Assembly: GCA_051294905.1 (NCBI GenBank)
Contig: CM119375.1
Span: forward strand, 15,500,001 to 15,564,000
Length of the DNA stretch: 64,000 nucleotides
Direction of reading: 5' to 3'
Origin: Botryllus schlosseri
Taxonomy: Eukaryota
Shown: positions 1-9,593 of the stretch, one piece after another
Layout of the letters: each line of letters starts with the position of its first letter
Position numbering within the stretch: the first letter of the stretch is position 1
The notes under the pieces: generated by a model
What the model saw: only the letters and a program-made list of their open reading frames with translations
What the model was told of the DNA's origin: nothing
The model's database searches: none
Made by a program: the position numbers and the translations under genes

Positions 1-811
1 AGCTACCCGAAATCCACGATCCTCCAAGATGCCGACACATTTCCAGAATATAGGCATACTCGAAAGTCGAAATGAAGCCACCGACTTTGTTGCGCAGTAT
101 GCCAAGGGTTTGGAAACAGACGTTACCTGGCCACTGGCATAAACTTGGAGAGCGTGTGTAGCTGGTTCATCATCATCTACAGGTCTCGACTCCCCAAGAT
201 CAACGAATCCTACCATTCCGTCTTTCGTTGTACTGAATACAATATTCTGTTTCACTGAAAATGCAAAAAATCAGAAGTAGTTAGACACATGAAACATCAC
301 CGTGAACAGCATTGCTGAAATATTCGCGATGAAGTTTTCGACACAGCTATAAAGTCATGACAACACAATCTAGCCAATTTACAGGCAAATTTAAGGTTGG
401 AATTGCTCCAATTTGCAAATTGATCGATTTGTGTCCTATACGCAAGAGCAAATGCATTAGACATTAAAACGAAACTCGTTTCATCAGCTTACCAGTCAAC
501 TACCATAGGAATCAAAATATATAGTCAAGGTAGCCCACCACTCTGTAGTGCTTATGCAATGATGAAGAGTAGGCTACAGTATAGAATCATTTCCTCACCT
601 TTCAACAAATCAGATGAGGCGAATGAAGTTCGCAAATCTTTAAATCGTCTTTTTTTGTACAATTGATCCAGCCACGATCTTGACGCATGCTCCTTATAAA
701 TTTCTCAAGGTTTTCCGCCCATTCATATTTGGCGCCAGTGCAAAAACGTTTTGCTGGAACTTTAAACAAATGCGCATTGGCAGAGGTTTTAGCACACCCT
801 GGTATGCAACA
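1..811 (-). pseudogene. Degenerate THAP-domain / P-element (THAP9-like) transposase, continues beyond the left edge
   Basis: Minus-strand translation gives THAP pieces CCIPGC..LFKVP (811-750), ICELH (about 630, frameshifted) and GAIPTLNLP (about 400). An open stretch at 262-1 reads VKQNIVFSTTKDGMVGFVDLGE..ATHALQVYASG..KPLAYCAT..FWKCVGILEDRGFRV, the GFVDlG region of P-element transposases. Stops and frameshifts occur in the THAP part. Confidence 0.75.
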
Positions 812-2674
812 CTATCTCACATCTGACGCAACCAACTATTCATCAATCAACTATTAGTGAGAAAAAAGAGTTATAAATATTATAGTAGCCTTCAATAAAA
901 TTGCTTTAGACTGTTAAATGGGTCTCATCGAATTTTCAGGTTGGCCACCCACCAGCAATAAGATTACTCACAAAAGCATCTTAATCAGTTTCGCTTTCAA
1001 GATATCAGATGGCGTAATTGATGCTTACAAATGTTCGAATCTCAATCTGTCCTAATTTTCCAAGCTTTTTTACGCTCATCCACAGGTGCAAAAACCTAAG
1101 CAGCTAGTCAGTACCTGAATATTGCGCATTGGCGGAAGTTTGAATAGACCTTAGTATGCAGTACTGTCTCACTATGCTCGCAAAACCTGTTAACAATCAA
1201 CCAACAAACGAAAAACAGTGGAATAACTGCCAGCAAAGGTGATAGCAGTACTCCACCACGGCCAACATTACTCAATGAAGTGTATGCAGTCAACCTTATC
1301 CGCGCACACGTTGATTTCGGCGGGAGTAAACCTTACAGCGTTAGGGGGCGTGGCAGTTTCCAATCATTGTATAATGTATATATATCATTGGCGCTCAGCA
1401 ATCACTGATAGCATGGATGAGAATAAAAAAACGGGGGTGCAGACTAGATGACCTTGCTATAAAGGTCGTATCGCATCTTTGTCGCCAAAGCATCTCGATG
1501 CTGCGGGCGAAAAAAGAATTAATATATCTACTATCTCTCTCTCTCCTCTACTTAAGTAGGCCTACGAGCCGGGTGCGAGTAGAAATAGTGCTTTTCGAAG
1601 CAGCCGAAAACGATTTCAAGTAGAAGTAGAATTTACTGGCTTTGAAAACTACTCAAGTAAGTATACCGGCAGTCGACGAGCATGTCCAGTGTCCACATTC
1701 AAGTCGAAATACAAACAATTACTACTAAATGAATACAGTCCACCTTCAAGATTACCGGACCACGACTGACCTATCGATCTCGCTTCCCATGACATGCCGC
1801 CCTATTCTTGTCGCTTTCTTTTTCTATACTATCTTCTTTACTTTCATTCAGTGTGCAATGTGCATGCCTCCTCTTTACATCGCCTAGGCCAAGGTGGGTG
1901 TCCGATTCCATAGACTACTCCTAGTCGCTTCGACATCTTCCTGTCATTTCATTGTATCGCATTTTTTGTGGTGTATTGAACTGATCAAATTGCTAACAAA
2001 CCAATGATGATGATGCAAAGTATTCGTAAATACGCTCTATCATTGACAGTCAAAACGTTTAACTGACAAGCAGACGTTGCAGAGAACTGGGTTCATATTT
2101 ATCAATTGCATAAGGATTCGACAGCAATATATGATGCGAATGATGGCTTTGTTATAGAGCAGTGGTTCTTAACTTTTGTACGCAACGCCTCTATCAGAAA
2201 ATAAAACGGTATGCGCACTCCCCCGTATTATAATAAGGCTCGTGGTTAATTTAGCGATGACCATAACAATGACCCGTTGCGAGAGAGAGAGAGAGAGAGT
2301 CTTATTGCGACTCTCTGATTGTTCGAACAATGCCGATATTTCGACTTGGAGGACGGATTCTAGGTGGATCAGTGCCTGATCATTATTTTAATTTATATTT
2401 TCGAAATCGGTGCAACAGTGGCTTTCGATCAAGACCATATTCAATAATTTCTGTGCTCGTGAAGATAGCTTTTGGATTGCCAGAAATCCTACAGTCGCTT
2501 ACGCAAATCCACTCTCCACTCCAGCCTCGGCGAAGCGGAACGAAGCTGCAAAATCGGTCGTTGCCGTTCCATGTTTAATTTCTATACTTTAACGCTCAAA
2601 AGTGGAGTAGGGGTTAAACCCGCTTAGAGGCCAAACGCCAGACGCCAAACGCCGAGCGGCGGCCAAATGTCTGT

Positions 2675-2895
2675 ACGGCGTTTGGCGTCTGTTATGGTGA
2701 GACGCCGAGTAGCTATACGGCGTTTGGCGTCTGTTATGTTCAGACGCCGAGTAGCTATACGGCGTTTGGCGTCTGTGATGTTCAGACGCCGAGTAGCTAT
2801 ACGGCGTTTGGCGTCTGTTATGGTGAGACGCCGAGTAGCTATATGGCGTTTGGCCTCTGTTATGTTCAGACGCCGAGTAGCTATACGGCGTTTGC
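2675..2895. repeat. Subterminal tandem array of a 42-bp unit with an internal hairpin (5 full copies plus a partial); degenerate inverted copies at about 6838-6945
   Basis: Unit acggcgtttggcgtctgttatgttcagacgccgagtagctat starts at 2675, 2717, 2759, 2801, 2843 and 2885. It contains the inverted pair ggcgtctg-N7-cagacgcc. Confidence 0.95.
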
Positions 2896-3077
2896 CCCCG
2901 ATTGGTGTCTCGATAAACTGAGCAGAGGCCTAATCATTTCATGGTGCGACTATCAAGTTCTCGCAACTATGTGATATCTAAGATTGCAAGTTGTAAAATT
3001 TTTGTCATAATAAGCGGTGGCAGAATCCCAAATGATCTATTGCATGTTCAGCTGTATCAAATTATTGTATCACCGCC

Positions 3078-3450
3078 CACGGTTGCAATGAATCGAGTCA
3101 TGACTCGACTCACTTTCTTAAAAATGGATTTACTCATTGTATGACTTTTTAAGAATGGTATATCGGGACTGATAAATAGGCTCAAACCTGCCTTTTATCT
3201 GTTACAATAACCATGTTTAGAATGGAAAAAATGAAGATAAAAATTATCCGAGACCTTCGATATCACCCCCACGAGTTCCACAGAAGTGATCTGAAGCTGA
3301 ACTCTATGGGGAACAGTAAACACCATGACTTGGACTCGACCCATTGCTCTCAGGTTTGACTCGTTGGGGATTGCTCGGACTTGACTCGCCGGTGAATTGA
3401 AAACGACTCGACTTGACTTCTTGAAACCTAGTGAATCGGTTGCAACCCGG
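3078..3450. mobile_element. hAT-type MITE (GACTCGAGTC-rich family) nested in the 4.4-kb element
   Basis: Ends cacggttgcaa / ttgcaacccgg; 8-bp TSD tcaccgcc / tcaccacc (7 of 8 match); repeated gactcgac/gacttg motifs. Confidence 0.7.
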
Positions 3451-3511
3451 TCACCACCCCATATTTGTACACTCGCAATGAATTTCAGACCCAAGTCTGC
3501 AGATACAGCAT

Positions 3512-4266
3512 GTAATGAAACCACAATATGAAATGGGCAACGAAACCACAGCAGAAGGCAATGAAACCACGGTAAAAGTCATCGAGAAATAAGAAGTGGA
3601 ACCACAGTAAAAATGACTGAGAAATATGCATTGCAACCATAGTAAAAGTCACAACGAAATAAGCAGTGGAAACACAGTAAAAGTCAGAGAAATATGCAAT
3701 CAAACCACAGTAAACGTCACTGAGGAATCAGCAGTGGAACCACAGTAAAAATGACTGAGAAATATGCATTGCAACCATAGTAAAAGTCACAACGAAATAA
3801 GCAGTGGAAACACAGTAAAAATGACTGAGAAATGTGCATTGCAACCATAGTAAAAGTCACAACGAAATAAGCAGTGGAAACACAGTAAAAGTCAGAGAAA
3901 TATGCAATCAAACCACAGTAAACGTCACTGAGGAATCAGCAGTGGAACCACAGTAAAAATGACTGAGAAATATGCATTGCAACCATAGTAAAAGTCACAA
4001 CGAAATAAGCAGTGGAAACACAGTAAAAGTCAGAGAAATATGCAATCAAACCACAGTAAACGTCACTGAGGAATCAGCAGTGGAACCACAGTAAAAATGA
4101 CTGAGAAATATGCATTGCAACCATAGTAAAAGTCACAACGAAATAAGCAGTGGAAACACAGTAAAAGTCAGAGAAATATGCAATCAAACCACAGTAAACG
4201 TCAATAAGAAATCAGCAGTGGAACCACAGTAAAATTGACTGAGAAACAGGCAACGAAACCACAGTA
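3512..4266. repeat. Minisatellite of 33-35 bp monomers organised as a 138-bp four-monomer higher-order repeat
   Basis: The tggaaacacagtaaaagtcagagaaat monomer recurs at 3667, 3875, 4013 and 4151 (138-bp period, with one extra 70-bp dimer at 3805). The edges are degenerate. Confidence 0.9.
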
Positions 4267-4286
4267 AAATATAGAAGCATCAGAAT

Positions 4287-6673
4287 TCACACCACAGTAC
4301 ATAGCATGCAATAAAAATCATCATCAGGATCAGGTATCCGCTGTCCCGGGCAACAGTCCTCGTGTGTCCATCGACCACAGCCGTCACACGCAACCTGGAA
4401 ACAAGTTAGAATCAATATACCCGACGAATGTAATCTCGTAATTGCATACCCATTTCATGTCTTTTTTTGGGGGGTCTTGACTACCGCATTTAATGCAATA
4501 ATCTTCCAATTCTTTCTCATCTGCGGGAGAAACATGCAACGTATTTAATATGGTTTTAACCTGACATGGACCAGCATACCCGTTGCATCAAGCAAAATTT
4601 GACCAAACTGCTGGCGGTAGCTTTCGCAAGCTTGTTGAGAATGATCAAAATCCAGGTTTGCATCGGGGATTGATAATCCAGTGGTTAAGTAGAGTTTGGC
4701 AGCCTATTAAGTGTCAGTTGATTGCAAATTAATTTTCTCAAATCTCAATACATGAACGCATCACAAACCTTCAAAGCAAGGACTCCACAATTAAATCCGT
4801 CATTTTGAACACCGGTCCTTATTAATCCTGTATATCTCGCAACTGATTCTCTTCTTGAGTACGTTCGTATAAATTCGCTGGATTAATACAGAAATGAAAT
4901 ATGTCTCTTGAATACGACCTCATCAACTTACTCAAACTGTTGCAAGACATTCCCATAGCGATCCTCGTGGCCCATTGGATCGTATAGTAGAACCATATTT
5001 GATTCAACGTCAGATACCTGAAAGAGTATATACATACATTACACTAATACAGAATATACTGACGAGACAGAACATGGGTGGAAGGGGTGAGAAGCAATGA
5101 GTTTCACAAACTTACAATATCAAGGTAGAATCTGACAGGTATGGAACATGCTTACCAAAAGAATCCAATGGTTGCCCCTGCCCACACCAGTTCCGCCACA
5201 ACGAACATTAAGTGGCGCTACAAAAGATTTTGTAGCTGCTTCTTTCTAGAGTGAATCACTAAATTAGAGAATATTCAAAAGTCTTGTTACTATTACACAT
5301 ACTGTTTTCTTTTTGCCAGAGGCAAATTTCCCAGCAACAAACCAATTAGTAGCTAGCAGACAGGAAACAACCATTGTATGACCTTCCGACTGAAATTACA
5401 AGCTTTAAATAGCTTTCAGCAACAAAAAACTTGAGCAAGGCAATGACTTACTTTTTCATTGAGGGTCCCAAAAATTGATATACAGTCTTTGTCTTCACAC
5501 CCAATCAGGCTTCGTAATAAATGCTTCGTAACGTGCAAAGGAGCAGCTTGGCCTGATGATCCTTGCGAGACCATAAACACACCATTTTTCGGATCAATAC
5601 AAACTGCAGGAAGGGTTGATGGATGGCCGTGGGCATCTCGTTCATGTCTTGTCAAGCCATGAGACCTTGCATATGACTTGTCGCATTTGGTGCATTGCTT
5701 TTTACTTTTGCTATCTGCTGGTTGATTTAAACGACGAGTCTTGCTTTCCTTGTTTGGTGGCGGATTGCCACATACTTTCTGTAAATGACTTTGAAATGTA
5801 CCACGTCGACCAAGAACTTTAGTGCAGGTATGGCAGTGGTAGTGACTCCTGCCTCTGGCCTGACCAATACGTTCCATACACTTCAAACGGCATGGTACGA
5901 TATAGCCTGGAATATGTGAATACAATTAGATACACAAGGGTAAATCCATGTCAAATCAACCACACTCCTATCCACTCTCCACTCCTATCCAAGTAGTTGA
6001 GAGTGGATTATAGTGTATAATGATAGAATATATTGAAGGAAAAATTTCTCCCAATCAAATTGATCATGCATAACATGAACTAGCGCAATTATGTCTACAC
6101 AAAAATTGGAAATTAACATGTCATAATTATGAGAGCTGGTTCAGAGAGAAACATGGCTGACTCCGCTGACATGTCTTGCTAACTAATATTTGATGGGTAT
6201 AAGTAGCCTACCTCAAAATTAATCAACTTTACATAAATACTTCTGAATCCATTGGGTAGGCCTACCGGTTACAATGCAATTTGAGATTAACCACAGCAGA
6301 GATTGGTTCACTCTCAAGTCTCAGATTTTTCTGAAAATTGCCTCAAAACATGAATTCCAGTTTTCAAGTAATCGCAAGCCATGATAATATTAAGCTTTTT
6401 AACACTCAGTCTATTACCCATAAATCACAATCGAGTAGAGATTCTTCACTAAGGAATGCGACATGGCTATATACTCGGGTAAGATATTTACAGACCTTGC
6501 ACTTCGTTGTCGATATAGTGAGGTACACGATGAGCCCAGTGTACCGCCTCGATATGCTCATTTAGCTTTTCTGACGTTTTGAACGTGTTGATTTCGCAGA
6601 GACCGCAATTAAGTTCTTCTGTTATGATTCTAATGAGGTGTGTCAAATCCTCAGTTAGAGCAATCGCTGTCAT
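4287..6673 (-). CDS. 435-aa spliced protein: C2H2-type zinc fingers + Ulp1/SENP-like C48 cysteine protease + PHD finger (transposon-encoded)
   Basis: Nine GT-AG exons with matching phases and no stops: 6673-6496, 5906-5452, 5389-5303, 5245-5156, 5017-4932, 4877-4769, 4703-4580, 4520-4450, 4394-4287 (1308 nt). Motifs: CGLC..HIEAVH, CHTC..H, CTKC..HERDAH; PLNV..NHWILL, LLYDPMG, VQNDGFNCGV (His, Asp, Gln, Cys); CIKC..W-VACDGCGRWTHEDC..YCMLC (C4HC3 PHD). The start codon is tentative. Confidence 0.85.
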
Positions 6674-7380
6674 TGCTGCAAGAAAACTCGATAATCATAA
6701 GCATCTAAAGACGTCTACCATAGTGTTCTATGTAGCAGACATCCTTTGTCTGTCGGCGTTAAAGCTCCCAACTTCGACTCTCTAGCAATCCCTGAGAGTG
6801 ACTACCCTCATATAAGATCCTATACGCTAGACAAATTCAGACGCCAAGTAGCTATACGGCGTCTCACTTTTCGGACGCCAAACGCCGTATAGCTACTCGG
6901 CGTCTACGCCATCTAGCGTCTCCGTTCAGCCGCCAAACGCCGTGTAGACATTCGGCCGCCGCCCGGCGTCTGGCGTCTGGCGTTTGGCCTCTGAGCGGGT
7001 TTAACCCCTGTTGCAAAAGTGAAGACCCAATTTTCCAGTAGACATCCGCGAATGTCCGGCACCGGTTGATGACATTACTACAACCACAGCGGCAGGTATA
7101 TCTATAGATCACTAACCATAGGTTAGTAATCATCTATTGTATATCAGTTGATTCCAGGCATAGGAGTCGAGAGCTAACATTCCGTTGTTCGCACTGGATG
7201 TTTACTTACCACCCAGTGCAGTTTTAGTGATTTTGCGCGATGGATGGCATTCGCAAGGGCGAAATGGACAGGAAAAGTTATGTTTCTTTCTGTATGTATT
7301 TTCTCTCTCAATAAAAAATAACCAAAAACCACTCATTGTTTAATTACTATATAATGTGCCAACGCAAATTCGGCTATAGC

Positions 7381-8769
7381 CAGGGTTGCCATACCGTCCT
7401 TATTTCTAAGATTTGTCCTTATTTTGAAGGGCCACGTCTTAGAAAACTCAACTGTCCTTATTTCTAAGAAATGTCCTTATTTTCGACTTGCGTCCTTATT
7501 TTGTCTTATTTTCAACCGCTACAGAACTTCGATCGTTTCCCTCTAGTATCTGTGTTGCATAATATTCTAAAATTATGATTTTTCCTCGAGATTTTATGAC
7601 ATCATAAATGAAAGGAACTCTCGTGACGTACACATCGCAAGATTTGACTTCTAAGTGGTGAGATTGCTAGGGCATTGAGTGGTGGTAGGCATATAGCAGT
7701 TTCGTCTGTACCAAGCTACCGCAGCGGACGTAATTTTAGCAGTAAACAGCAGTACCAGGTTCCTGTTGTTTGGTCTACAGTAGAATAAGCTCAAGCTGTG
7801 GGGAAGGCAGCATTTATTGCGTTGTGAAAAAGGCGCAGTGCAGTCGACACATTTGTTTAAAAGTAGTAAAGCTATAAATCATTGATATTTTTTTCTAAAT
7901 TATATTGCACTTGCGCATATAGTTTTAGCTACAAATAAGGCTAAATCTGACTAGTTTAAATGAACAGGCGTAAAAACGTTTTTCGTGGCGATTATGAGCG
8001 AGAATTCAAAGGTATCTAACGAAACTTGAAGGGCGAGTGTTTCGCACATAGCAATATCTGCAATTGTGACATTAACCTAGAGGCCATAGGAAAGACCGCT
8101 ATTTCAAGTCACATTGATACCCCAAAACGCAAGAAGTGTGTCATGATGATTAATTTGAGTCAGTCGATGAATAATTTTTCCGCAAGTCGATCAGCACCAA
8201 CGACCACAGACTATAAGGCAGCTGCTGCAAATGGTACGTGGGCATTCCATACTGTCAAACACCAACAATCATTCCTCACCAACGATTGCTCATCGCAAAT
8301 GTTCAAAGCAATACTGCCCGATTCCAACATTGCAAATAAGTTTGCTTAGGTCAGGACCAAGACTACAAGCATTGTTACTGGAGTTCTTGCTCCATACGCT
8401 CAAAAATTATTTTGTCTTAACTTGGTGTACGGCCTCTTCCCTCTTGGTTGACGCCTCTAACGAGGTAAAGATGTTTGGTTCATTATCCGAGGGGGTGGAT
8501 AGGGCAATACCAACAGTTTTTTTGGGGGGCTGACGAAGTGCTGTTTCGGCCCTGAGTAAAGGTAAACAACTTAGACCTGAGCTGTCATGATATACATGAA
8601 GCACTTTCTAAAATCAAGGAGCTGCTCAAGCAGATTGTTTCTGGTGTAAAGTATGGAATGTGATATGCCACGGCTCGTATAAATACAAAGTATGTACAAA
8701 AACGCTTTTTCATGTTAATCTAATTTTTTTACTGTCCTTATTTTTGGGTCCATGCCGATGGCAACCCTG
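7381..8769 (+). mobile_element. Internally deleted hAT transposon with a degenerate transposase fragment
   Basis: 12-bp TIR cagggttgccat / atggcaaccctg; perfect 8-bp TSD GCTATAGC; subterminal gtccttattt repeats. Fragments at 8026-8600 read CNICNCDI..SH, TWAFHTVKHQQSF..NDCSSQMFKAILPDSNIANKF*..RTKTTSIV and DASN (first catalytic Asp region), with stops and frameshifts. Confidence 0.85.
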
Positions 8770-9593
8770 GCTATAGCTGTAGTAAATGACGGACTGCGTT
8801 AAGAGTAGCCTATGATGTCACTTCGCAGTTCAGACTAAGACCACGAATTCAATACTGTTCTGTCTTGTTGGAATGGTTGATAATGATAACAAACATTATG
8901 CTTGAATTACACAAGTTCACTTTACTGTGAATGTGAAGTAGTGCCGGCTGTATTAGTATTCATAGAGGAAAGGGCATGTCACCATAAACTGCTATAGTAG
9001 TATACCTATTATCCAAGGACATGGATGCTTATGTAATATGTTATTTTATTAACATGCCAAATTGGTATTGATATGTATATTTCAGTATAATGATATCTAA
9101 ATATCAAATAAGGTACCGTATACACTTAGAATTGTGGTCTTTTACGGCTAGCTTGGTTTTACGCGCGGGTATATAATATGGATAATTTGACATCGTGATA
9201 TGATGCATAGAATACAAGCTCTGTAATTCTGCTTGGCTCGCAGTAATATTTCAGGTTATGTCTTGATGCTTATTTTAAAATACAGGTGTCATTCAGATAT
9301 CGTTAAATTTCAACAACTGGAAAAATAAATATTTCACTCGGGATATTTTTTACATGTGATTTACACTTCCGAATCTGTGTTTGAAGCTTTCAAGTCTTTC
9401 TTCTTGAATTTCTCAGTTCTCCGATTTGTGACGAGTCGTAGTGAATTATAATTTGCTACAAACACTTGATGGATCTGCGAGTTGCTTCGAATCGAAAAGC
9501 GCGCGACAGCTAAAGTGGGTGTCATCTTTTCAAGTTTGATGGATCGCATCGACAGTGAAAGAACGTGCGACGTTTACACAAGACTCTGGTACG

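Larger units (their letters stand above)
2605..7013. mobile_element. 4.4-kb TIR DNA transposon (Zisupton/KDZ-like by inference), non-autonomous, carrying a ZnF-Ulp1-PHD gene
   Basis: Left end (gagt)aggggttaaacccgcttagaggccaaacgccagacgcc.. matches the reverse complement of the right end (caac)aggggttaaacccgctcagaggccaaacgccagacgcc.. over about 80 bp, then continues into shared subterminal repeats. An identical 8-mer CAAAAGTG flanks both sides (2597-2604 and 7014-7021). The terminal 4-5 bp are mismatched. Confidence 0.85.

Noticed and set aside
2675-2895. CRISPR-like array (palindromic repeats at regular spacing)
   Set aside because: The units are identical end to end with no unique spacers, there are no cas genes, the context is eukaryotic, and the array is the subterminal part of a TIR element.
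2667-3911. Repetitive ORFs (RRRVAIRRLASV..; IAYFSDFYCVST..)
   Set aside because: These are by-products of the tandem repeats, with no protein signature.
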